64,000 bases of DNA, taken from the NCBI GenBank assembly GCA_017540825.1, contig JAFYAH010000051.1, positions 363 through 64,362 on the forward strand. Reading direction: 5' to 3'. Below the pieces are notes generated by a model. That model had not been told where the DNA came from. It was given only the letters and a program-made list of their open reading frames with translations, and searched no databases. A program made the translations under genes and the position numbers. Of this stretch, positions 38,745-46,906 are shown one piece after another; the first letter of the stretch is position 1; each line of letters opens with the position of its first letter. The stretch comes from Candidatus Methanomethylophilaceae archaeon. Lineage in GTDB: Archaea > Thermoplasmatota > Thermoplasmata > Methanomassiliicoccales > Methanomethylophilaceae.

Positions 38745-38930
38745 TCATCTATTGCTCGAATCCTCGCCTTTCCATACAAGCTTCCCAGCGCGGATCACGA
38801 TGTCCTCTCCCGATTCTATGAACACCACATAGTCCCCCTCGATGATTTTGAGGCGCTCCTTCACAGCCTTGGGGATAGCTATCTGCCCTCTGCCCGACAC
38901 CTTGGCTTCTGAAATGAAATGGTCTGTCAT
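38745..38930 (-). CDS. AbrB/MazE/SpoVT family DNA-binding protein (antitoxin-like).
   Basis: 61 aa. KVSGRGQIAIPKAVKERLKIIEGDYVVF is the swapped-hairpin SpoVT-AbrB signature. Confidence 0.75.
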   Translation of the reverse strand: MTDHFISEAKVSGRGQIAIPKAVKERLKIIEGDYVVFIESGEDIVIRAGKLVWKGEDSSNR

Positions 38931-39156
38931 GCGGCATAATAAGACTTGGATGTTGATATAACAAACACAAGATTACAAAAAATTCAGTATCAGCACTTAA
39001 CGTTTATCACAATAATTTATATATGTAATACACTAACATTATTTATATATTGTTTTTCGACAAACAGCCTCCGTCGGAAAGCGCCCCGGACCCGTCCCCA
39101 GCCATGGCTTCCAAATGCCAGGATAGTAAGAAATAACCGCCCGCCGATTCTCGCGC

Positions 39157-40449
39157 ATGCCAACATTGCAGATCGCTCTGGACCTGATGCAGCTCGGCAG
39201 GACCCTGGTCATCGCTCATGAAGCGGTGGACGGGGGCGCCGACTGGATAGAGGCCGGGACCCCTCTGATTAAGAGCGAGGGGGCGGAAGCCGTCCGCGCC
39301 CTGAGAAGAGAGTTCCCCGGCAGGAAGCTCATAGCGGACACCAAGACCATGGACGTGGGCGCCTTCGAGGTGGAGATCATGGCGAAGGCCGGGGCCGACA
39401 TCGTGACCGTGCTAGGTCTAGCGGAGGACTCGACCATAGACGAGGCCGTGAAAGCGGGGAGGAAATACGGCGCAGAGATCATGGTCGACATGATAAACGT
39501 CCCGGACAAGGTCGCCCGCGCCAAAGAGGTGGAGAAGCTCGGCGTCGCCTACATCTGCCTGCACATGGGCATAGACACCCAGATGAAGGGCGAGGAGCCC
39601 CCGATAGACATCCTGAGGAGGATCGTCGACTCCGTATCCATTCCCGTTGCTGTCGCTGGAGGGATAACCGCAGAGAACGCCGGCTCGTACGTGGAAGCGG
39701 GCGCCTCGGACGTCATCGTCGGCGGGGCGATCATCAAGACCGAGAACATCAGGGGGGCGGCGGAGAACATCAAGAAGGCGATGGCGGGCGCCAAGATATC
39801 CACCGACCTCGCCAGGAAGTACTCCGAGGAGGACCTGTTCGAGGCCTTCGGGAGGGTCTCCACCTGCAACATATCCGACGCCTTCCACAAGCAGGGCGTC
39901 ATGGTAGGGATACTCCCCCAGTCGCTGAAGCACAGGCAGAGGATGGTCGGCCGCGCGCTCACCGTCCAGACCTCCAACGGCGACTGGGCCAAGCCCGTGG
40001 AGGCCATAGACCGCGTCAAGAAGGGGGACGTCCTCGTGGTGGACGTCGGCGGCGCGCCAGTAGCCGTTTGGGGCGAGCTCGCCACATGCTCCGCCATGGT
40101 CATGGGAGCCGCCGGGATAGTCATCGACGGGGCCATAAGGGACATAGACGACATCCGCGACCTGGAGTTCCCTGCGTTCTCCCGCACGGTGGCGCCCTGC
40201 GCCGGGGAGCCGAAAGGCTACGGCGGGATAGGGATCGAGGTGGTCGTCGGAGGCCAGAGGGTCCGCACCGGGGACTGGATCGTCGGGGACGAGTCGGGAG
40301 TCGTCGTCATCCCCAAGGAGTCCGCGGTGGAGGTCGCCAACCGCGCCCTGGACGTCCACGAGAGGGAGAACAGGACCAGGGAGGAGATCCGCAGGGGGTC
40401 CACCCTGTCCAAGGTGAACGAGCTCGCGAAGTGGGAGCCTGTGAGCTGA
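39157..40449 (+). CDS. Bifunctional 3-hexulose-6-phosphate synthase / RraA-like protein.
   Basis: The N-terminal half (LQIALDL...KLIADTKTMDVG...VAGGI) is OMP-decarboxylase-fold HPS. The C-terminal half (NISDAF...GELATCSAMVMGAAGIVIDGAIRD) is RraA/aldolase-like. Confidence 0.8.
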   Translation: MPTLQIALDLMQLGRTLVIAHEAVDGGADWIEAGTPLIKSEGAEAVRALRREFPGRKLIADTKTMDVGAFEVEIMAKAGADIVTVLGLAEDSTIDEAVKAGRKYGAEIMVDMINVPDKVARAKEVEKLGVAYICLHMGIDTQMKGEEPPIDILRRIVDSVSIPVAVAGGITAENAGSYVEAGASDVIVGGAIIKTENIRGAAENIKKAMAGAKISTDLARKYSEEDLFEAFGRVSTCNISDAFHKQGVMVGILPQSLKHRQRMVGRALTVQTSNGDWAKPVEAIDRVKKGDVLVVDVGGAPVAVWGELATCSAMVMGAAGIVIDGAIRDIDDIRDLEFPAFSRTVAPCAGEPKGYGGIGIEVVVGGQRVRTGDWIVGDESGVVVIPKESAVEVANRALDVHERENRTREEIRRGSTLSKVNELAKWEPVS

Positions 40450-40512
40450 CGGGGACGGGGCTTCCGGACACGCTTCGGGAGCCGTCATCCTCCGTTGTGG
40501 CTCGTTTTGCTT

Positions 40513-40548
40513 CAAAAAATAAAATTGGGGCTTAACGCCCCCGTTTTC
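40513..40548. terminator. Bidirectional hairpin between the convergent hps fusion and htpX.
   Basis: AAAAAATAAAATT-GGGGC-TTAAC-GCCCC-CGTTTT: a stem flanked by an A-run and a T-run. Confidence 0.5.
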
Positions 40549-41440
40549 AGTATCCGTTGAGCTCCCTGTCGAGCTCGCGGAGCTTCGCTATCCTGTCCTC
40601 GGTGGACGGGTGGGTCCTGAACAGGCCGGACAGCGTGGACTTTATCTTGGTCCCGGTGGGGTTGGTTATCCAGACGCTGCTGTACGCGTCCCTGTCGTAG
40701 CTCCCGGAAGCGCTGGCGGCGACCGTGCACCCCCTCTCGAGCTTCATGAGGGCGTCCGCCAGAGCCATAGGCCTGCCGGTGAGCCTGCCTCCCGACTCGT
40801 CCGCAAGATACTCGCGGCTCCTGGAGACCCCGAGCTGGATCAGCGCGGCGGCGATGGGGGCCGCTATGTCGGCGACTATCATGATTATCAGGCCGGCGGG
40901 GTTCCTGTTCCCGCCGTTTAAAATCGCCGCGTACACCCCCATCCTCGTCACGAATGAGATCATCGAGGCCATGACGGAGGCCAAAGACATCACCAGGATG
41001 TCGCGGTTCTTGACGTGGGACATCTCGTGGGCCATGACCCCTTCCAGCTCCTCGTCGGTGAGGAGGTCCAGGAGAGGCCTGGTGGCTACGACCGCCGCGT
41101 CCTTGGGGCTGCGGCCGGTGGCGAACGCGTTGGGCATTGGCACCTCGGATATCCCGACCTCGGGCATGGGGAGCCCCGCCCTGTCGGCCAGGCTCTCGAC
41201 GATGCCGTACAGCCTGGGCTCCTCCTCTCTGGTGATGAGGTGGACCTTGTTCGCCTTGAGGGCCAGCTGCTTCGACTTGAAGTAGGAGAATATGTTGATC
41301 CCTATCGACAGGGCGAGCATGACGTAGAACCCCAACCAGATGTTGTTCAGCATGTAGCCGACCGCGATGCCTATGGCTACCAGGAGCCCGGTCATGAACG
41401 CGAACATCGCGGCGGTTTTCAGACGCCAGAGTGTCTTCAT
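40547..41440 (-). CDS. htpX: Zinc metalloprotease HtpX (M48).
   Basis: HEMSHVKNRD zinc motif, 4 TM helices, 297 aa. Confidence 0.92.
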   Translation of the reverse strand: MKTLWRLKTAAMFAFMTGLLVAIGIAVGYMLNNIWLGFYVMLALSIGINIFSYFKSKQLALKANKVHLITREEEPRLYGIVESLADRAGLPMPEVGISEVPMPNAFATGRSPKDAAVVATRPLLDLLTDEELEGVMAHEMSHVKNRDILVMSLASVMASMISFVTRMGVYAAILNGGNRNPAGLIIMIVADIAAPIAAALIQLGVSRSREYLADESGGRLTGRPMALADALMKLERGCTVAASASGSYDRDAYSSVWITNPTGTKIKSTLSGLFRTHPSTEDRIAKLRELDRELNGY

Positions 41441-41516
41441 GGAAATCCCTCTATCTTGCCGTTATATGTCTGACGCAAATAAAACTGTGATTCCCCGTTT
41501 CGGGCGGACCGGCGCG

Positions 41517-42275
41517 TCAGGACCTCTCGTCCGTGTACGAGAGTCCCGCGTAGAACTCCTTGACCCCCGCCAGGCCGAGGCTCGTCCTGACGTTGGTGAT
41601 GCCGTTCCTTCCGGTGCGGTGGTTGAGGCAGACGTCGTCAACGGAATGGGATGCGAAGGATGCGGCGTACGCGTCCGCGACCGGCTTCTTGCTCTTCTCC
41701 AGGTCGACCGAGCCCAGGAACGCCATGGTCCTCTTCCTGAAGCGCGCCTCCGCCTCGGCCATGGCCCTCTCGGGGCCCCCGACGCCGCGGCCGCTGAGGA
41801 TGGCCAGGCCGCGCGGGGCGTCGATGACCAGGTAAGCCTCCCTGTATCCGCCGCCGGTGTCGAAATAAGGGGTGCGGAATACGCCTGGAGCCGGCTCTAC
41901 CCATCCGTCCTCGAAATGCATGGTGGCCTTTTCGCCGACGCTTGAGTCGCCCTTGAATCTGGAGAGGAGCCCGCCCTTCCCCGCGTACATCCCCTCCATC
42001 GCATACACGTCTACAGGGCTCTCCCTCTCCTTTAGGAGGCCGTCCAGCCCGCGGGAGTTGTCCGGATGCGCCTGGGAGACGACCACGGCGTCTATGGAGC
42101 CCGGATCCACCCCTAGGCAGGCCAGGTTGTGGACGAGATACCTCCCCCTGAGCCCGGCGTCGAACAGCAGCCTCCTCCCGCCGGCTTCCACCAGCATCGC
42201 GGAGCCCTTGGCGCCTATCAGCGAGGTGTTCTCCTTGGCTCCTTCGTCGTATACGCAGGTTACTTTGAATGACAT
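41517..42275 (-). CDS. MBL-fold (COG1237-like) protein with a degenerate metal motif.
   Basis: Fold signature LLFDAGL...AVVVSQAHPDNSRG, where HxHxDH is expected. Confidence 0.55.
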   Translation of the reverse strand: MSFKVTCVYDEGAKENTSLIGAKGSAMLVEAGGRRLLFDAGLRGRYLVHNLACLGVDPGSIDAVVVSQAHPDNSRGLDGLLKERESPVDVYAMEGMYAGKGGLLSRFKGDSSVGEKATMHFEDGWVEPAPGVFRTPYFDTGGGYREAYLVIDAPRGLAILSGRGVGGPERAMAEAEARFRKRTMAFLGSVDLEKSKKPVADAYAASFASHSVDDVCLNHRTGRNGITNVRTSLGLAGVKEFYAGLSYTDERS

Positions 42276-42284
42276 GCGATCGCC

Positions 42285-43121
42285 TCAGCGCTTGTAGAGT
42301 GAATCGGGTATGTCGCCGCATATCCTGTGGATGCTCTCTGCCGGGACCTGGCCGTTGGACAGCCATGCGGAGACCTTTTTCGGGACCGTGGTGACGGACA
42401 TTATCGCCCCTGGCTTCCCCGGGTCGTCGATGTAGTCCGTCTCTATCATGAAGCGGTCGGTCCCCTTGCCGATGGCCGTCCTGACGTTGGTCTTCGAAGC
42501 GGGGATTGACGGCATGACGCCGTGGGTCTCCTCGTCCGTCACCAGCGGCGGAGAGGAGTGCTTCACCACGAGCCCCCTGTCGAGCCCGGCGCGGTCGGCG
42601 ATTTCGGCCAGCGAGCGGTCGGTGCCCTCCTCCGACTCGCAATGGATTATGACCGGGCAGTCGTTCTCCCTGGCCAGCTCCATCCCGCGCGATAATATGC
42701 GGTTGGACGCGTCCCATATCTCCTGGGAGACGGGGAAGTGAGGCCTTCCGATCTCGCCTATGGCGACGGCCTTCCCCTCCGCGACGTCCCTCGCGGCGTC
42801 CTCCATGCCCTTGACCAGCATCTCCTCCGCCCTCTCCAGGCCGTACGCCTCGGACAGGGGGATCAGCAGGACCGGGTAAGGGCCGACGGCGATGTTTATC
42901 TCGAGGCCTGTCTCCTCCCTCGCCCTGGCGGCCAGGCTGTACGTGATCTCGTAGGACTTGGCGAAGTCCTCCCCTTTGGTGATCGGCACCTCCTTGTAGG
43001 GGAGGGTCACCAGCGTAAGGCCGGTCCCGCCCAGGGACTCGTACTCCTTGAGAGCGTCGACGTTGCGCCCGGAAGGGCTCATGTGTATGTGGTTGTCGTA
43101 GACCGGGACCTTCTCTCCCAT
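42285..43121 (-). CDS. TatD-family metal-dependent hydrolase.
   Basis: 278 aa from MGEKVPVYDNHIHMSP. Has GEIGRPHF, VIIHCES and IETDY blocks. The track ORF 42285..44468 is a spurious extension antisense to priS. Confidence 0.75.
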   Translation of the reverse strand: MGEKVPVYDNHIHMSPSGRNVDALKEYESLGGTGLTLVTLPYKEVPITKGEDFAKSYEITYSLAARAREETGLEINIAVGPYPVLLIPLSEAYGLERAEEMLVKGMEDAARDVAEGKAVAIGEIGRPHFPVSQEIWDASNRILSRGMELARENDCPVIIHCESEEGTDRSLAEIADRAGLDRGLVVKHSSPPLVTDEETHGVMPSIPASKTNVRTAIGKGTDRFMIETDYIDDPGKPGAIMSVTTVPKKVSAWLSNGQVPAESIHRICGDIPDSLYKR

Positions 43122-43178
43122 GCGGACAGGAACTGACGCGCACCTATTTTTAGTTGCATAGTGCATGTCGCAGCCGCC

Positions 43179-44402
43179 ATGGACGGAAACGGGCGGTTCC
43201 TTTACAAAGCCTTCAGGAGGTACTACCAGAAGTGCACGCCGTCCCTCCCAGACAGGTTCACGAGGAGGGAGTTCGGATTCATGTTCTTCGACAAGTCGTA
43301 CGTCCAGAGGCACCTCTCGTTCAAGAGCCCGGAGGAGCTGGGCAGGTTCATGGCGCACCAGGTGCCGTCGCACAGCTACTACTCGACTTCGTACTACCGC
43401 AAGCCGGACGCGCCCACGATGGACGCCAAGGAGTGGATGGGGGCGGAGCTCATTTTCGACCTGGACGCGGACCATCTGGAAGGCGCCAAGGACATGACTT
43501 ACTCGGAGATGCTCGCGCAGATCAGGAGCGAGATGATCGGCCTGGTCGATAACTTCCTCCTCGGAGACCTTGGGTTCTCGGAGGAGCAGGTGCACATAAC
43601 GTTCTCCGGCGGGAGGGGTTACCACGCCCATGTGCGCCGCCCGGACATAATGAGCCTCGGAACGAGCGAGAGGAGGGAGCTGGTGGACTACATAACCTGC
43701 TCCGGCCTCAACATAGACTGGGTGTTCCCGTACCACGCCGTGGCCACGTCGAAGGTGTCCACCGCAGGAGGGACCTACACGAACGTGTCCAAGGACAGGC
43801 TGCTCCCCCCGAAGGAGTGCGGAGGTTGGCGCCGCAGGATGAGGAAGGGGCTGGAGAAGGTGGTGGACGACATCTGCGCGATGGACGTCAAGGACGTCAA
43901 GAAGGCCTACCCCAGCGTCAAGGGGAGCCAGGCGATCCCGAAGGCCAAGGACGAGCTGGCCGCGAGCAGGGCGATCATGTTCGAGAAGGACTCGATGGCG
44001 TTCCTCTCCAAATCTACCCAGGACATCCTCGTGAAGATCATGAAGGAGGACGTCGCCCATCGCCTCTCGGGAGAGGTGGACGAGCCCGTCACCGCCGACA
44101 TCAAGAGGCTGATCCGCCTTCCCGGGTCGGTCCACGGGAAGAGCGGGCTCAGGGTCACGCCGATAACGCGCGACGAGCTGACCGGGTTCGACCCTCTGCA
44201 GTACGCCGTGCCGGAGGTCTACACGGACGACCCCGTGAAGGTCACCATGAGGAAGGACGCCTCCCTCAACATGAAGGGGCAGGACTTCGTCCTCAGCGGA
44301 GAGACCGAGGTGCCGGAGTTCCTGGCCATATTCCTCGTCGGAAGGAAAATGGCAGACATAGGGTTCCTGTCGGAGAAGGAAGGGAAGGAGAAGCTGTTCT
44401 GA
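43179..44402 (+). CDS. priS: DNA primase small (catalytic) subunit PriS.
   Basis: ELIFDLDADH catalytic aspartates, FSGGRGYHAHV, and RLPGSVHGKSG. Confidence 0.93.
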   Translation: MDGNGRFLYKAFRRYYQKCTPSLPDRFTRREFGFMFFDKSYVQRHLSFKSPEELGRFMAHQVPSHSYYSTSYYRKPDAPTMDAKEWMGAELIFDLDADHLEGAKDMTYSEMLAQIRSEMIGLVDNFLLGDLGFSEEQVHITFSGGRGYHAHVRRPDIMSLGTSERRELVDYITCSGLNIDWVFPYHAVATSKVSTAGGTYTNVSKDRLLPPKECGGWRRRMRKGLEKVVDDICAMDVKDVKKAYPSVKGSQAIPKAKDELAASRAIMFEKDSMAFLSKSTQDILVKIMKEDVAHRLSGEVDEPVTADIKRLIRLPGSVHGKSGLRVTPITRDELTGFDPLQYAVPEVYTDDPVKVTMRKDASLNMKGQDFVLSGETEVPEFLAIFLVGRKMADIGFLSEKEGKEKLF

Positions 44403-44470
44403 AGCCGTTCGCATAAAGGATTCCGACACCTGAGACAAAGGATAATATCGAACCAGCCTGTATCTCAATC

Positions 44471-46117
44471 ATGAAAGGGCTGCCGATCGGAAACGACGAC
44501 TTCAAGTATCTTCGCGACAACGACGGGTACTACGTCGACAAGACGGAGCTCGTGAAAGAGATTCTCGACAACAGGAACACCAAAGCGTTCCTCTTCACCC
44601 GGCCTCGCAGATTCGGCAAATCGTTGAACATGAGCATGATAGACGCCTTCTTTAACATCCAATACAAAGGCAACGGATGGTTCGAAGGACTCAAGGTAAC
44701 GACACACAGCGACTGCATGTCCGAAATGAACGAGAGCCCGGTGATGTTCATATCACTGAAAGGCTTAGAAGCCGAATCGTTCGAAAGATTCGAAAGACTG
44801 CTGAAGAACCGTCTGAAGAAGCTGTACGGAAAGTTCGAATTCCTCAAGGATTCCAACAAGCTGTCCGACCGGAACAGGAGCAATTACCTGGATGTCGCCT
44901 ACGAGGACTTCAGGACGGTGGATCCTACTGAAGCCCTGATGAACCTCAGCGACATGCTCTGCGAACACTACGGCAAAAGGTGCATAATAATAGTCGACGA
45001 ATACGACAACGCCATCCAGAACTCCTACGGCATGCCATTTCAGAGACAGGTTCTGGGAACGATAAGAGGGCTCCTGACCAACGCGCTCAAAAGCAACGAA
45101 TCGCTGAGATTCGGGATCGTCACCGGCGTCATGCAGATCGCAAAGGAATCCGTCTTCTCCGGACTGAACAACCTTTATGTGAACAGCATATTCAGCTCCG
45201 GATTCAACGAGGAGTTCGGATTCACCGAGTCGGAGACCAGGGATATGCTGGAATACTACGGCCACCCCGAGAAATACGACGAGGTCAAGGACTGGTACGA
45301 CGGCTACAGGTTCGGAGACGCCGAAGTGTACAACCCCTGGAGTCTCGTAAGCTATATAGCCGAAGGGTTCGTCCCACGGAAATACTGGGCCGGGACCAGC
45401 GGAAACGAAGTGCTCACGACGCTCGTAGACTCGGCCGACGACTCCGTATGGTCCGACCTGGAATCCCTCGCCAAAGGACATGCGGTGAGGAAGAGCCTCG
45501 ACCAGTCCGTCGTATACTCAGATATTGGAAGGAAAAGCAGCGCCATCTACTCGATCCTTGCAATGTGCGGCTATCTGAACGCCAGAAAAGCCGAAGACTC
45601 ATACGATCTGAGCATTCCCAACAGCGAGATGTACCAGGTGTACAGCGAGGTCCTGCTCCAATGCGCTGGCAGCAGCGAGATTGCAAGCAGGATACGCGGC
45701 CTCTTCAAAGCCATGAGGTCATGCGATACAGCCTCAATGGAAGATGCCCTGCGCGACCTCATGAGGGAGACCGTGTCCGCCAAGATCTTCGATTCAGAGC
45801 ACGTCTACCAAGCGTACCTGATAGGGATGACCATGGGGTTCTGCGGGAACTACGAGATCTACGGAGACCGCCTGGAGTCGGGAGACGGGTTCGCCGACAT
45901 AATATTCAAGAGAACCAGCGGCCCCGGCGTCAACATAGTGGTCGAGCTCAAAAGAAGCAGGAAAGAATCCGATCTGAAATCCGACGCCGAGAAAGCGATG
46001 GCGCAAATCCATGAAAAGGACTACGCGCATGGCCTCAAGGGCAGGACCATCCTGTACGGGACGAGCTTCTATAGCAAGAGCCTGTTAATAATAGCTGAAG
46101 AAACGTTCGGCCATTGA
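44471..46117 (+). CDS. DUF1703 family protein (AAA-ATPase_like N-terminus plus PD-(D/E)XK PDDEXK_9 C-terminus), intact.
   Basis: GNDDFKYLRDNDGYYVDKTELV, FTRPRRFGKSLN, WYDGYRF, and a C-terminal GFADIIF...VELK nuclease core. Confidence 0.8.
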   Translation: MKGLPIGNDDFKYLRDNDGYYVDKTELVKEILDNRNTKAFLFTRPRRFGKSLNMSMIDAFFNIQYKGNGWFEGLKVTTHSDCMSEMNESPVMFISLKGLEAESFERFERLLKNRLKKLYGKFEFLKDSNKLSDRNRSNYLDVAYEDFRTVDPTEALMNLSDMLCEHYGKRCIIIVDEYDNAIQNSYGMPFQRQVLGTIRGLLTNALKSNESLRFGIVTGVMQIAKESVFSGLNNLYVNSIFSSGFNEEFGFTESETRDMLEYYGHPEKYDEVKDWYDGYRFGDAEVYNPWSLVSYIAEGFVPRKYWAGTSGNEVLTTLVDSADDSVWSDLESLAKGHAVRKSLDQSVVYSDIGRKSSAIYSILAMCGYLNARKAEDSYDLSIPNSEMYQVYSEVLLQCAGSSEIASRIRGLFKAMRSCDTASMEDALRDLMRETVSAKIFDSEHVYQAYLIGMTMGFCGNYEIYGDRLESGDGFADIIFKRTSGPGVNIVVELKRSRKESDLKSDAEKAMAQIHEKDYAHGLKGRTILYGTSFYSKSLLIIAEETFGH

Positions 46118-46253
46118 TCCATCTTCCGGCCGAAGAAGCAGATCCTCTGCTCTTCCGTTCAATCGTCTCAGCGCCGCGCTCGCGAGGGTTCGTAGAGAAC
46201 CCACCTAAATCTTTATTTATAATACAGGGTTCATGGCAGCTCAGGTAATCAAA

Positions 46254-46481
46254 ATGAAAGCATTCCGCATAACCGGCAGCTACGCAGACGAGAGGTACGG
46301 CAAGCAGCCCTTCTCCGTCGAGATGGCGGCAGAGGACTCCGAAGCCGTCAAGGAGAAGGCATACTCCACGATCGGCAGCAAGCACAAGCTCAAGAGATGG
46401 CAGATCGACATCGCAGAGGTCGCCGAGCTCTCCGCTGACCAGGTAACCAACCACGTCGTGAAATACCAGATCGGTGAGTGA
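46254..46481 (+). CDS. rpl18a: Ribosomal protein LX (eL20 / L18Ae).
   Basis: MKAFRITGSY...AVKEKAYSTIGSKHKLKRWQIDIAEV matches archaeal LX. The start is moved to the second ATG: the TATA box 46212..46224 is too close to ATG 46233, and homologs begin MK-F-R. Confidence 0.85.
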   Translation: MKAFRITGSYADERYGKQPFSVEMAAEDSEAVKEKAYSTIGSKHKLKRWQIDIAEVAELSADQVTNHVVKYQIGE

Positions 46482-46906
46482 ACGTGGAAGACGCAGAGCT
46501 CCGCCAGGCGATATCCGTCGCGGAATCGTACAAGCAGAGGGTCGAGGCCCTTTCCCGTCAGGTCCAGGTGCTCCGCGTATCCCTCGACGAGGTCACGATG
46601 GCCTCGAACGCCCTCAAAGCTTTCAAAGACGCGAAGGACGGCGACGAGATCATGGTCCCCGTCGGAGCGACCTCCTACATCACCGTGAAGGTCACGTCCA
46701 ACAGGAACGTCATCGTCGACATAGGATCGGACATATCGGTGGAAAAGGACGCGGCCTCGGCCATAGAATACATGGACGCCAACAACGCCGAGATATCCGA
46801 AGCCCTCTCCAAGACGCTGGAAGCACTCAACGAGTCCCAGACCGCTCTGAGCAACCTTACTGCCGCGATACAGCAGGAATACTCTGCCAGACAGCAGCAG
46901 GCCTGA
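46478..46906 (+). CDS. pfdA: Prefoldin alpha subunit.
   Basis: Coiled coil - beta hairpins (MVPVGATSYITVKV...VIVDIGSDISVE) - coiled coil. Conserved LX-pfdA-ftsY gene order. GTG start overlaps the LX stop. Confidence 0.85.
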   Translation: MNVEDAELRQAISVAESYKQRVEALSRQVQVLRVSLDEVTMASNALKAFKDAKDGDEIMVPVGATSYITVKVTSNRNVIVDIGSDISVEKDAASAIEYMDANNAEISEALSKTLEALNESQTALSNLTAAIQQEYSARQQQA

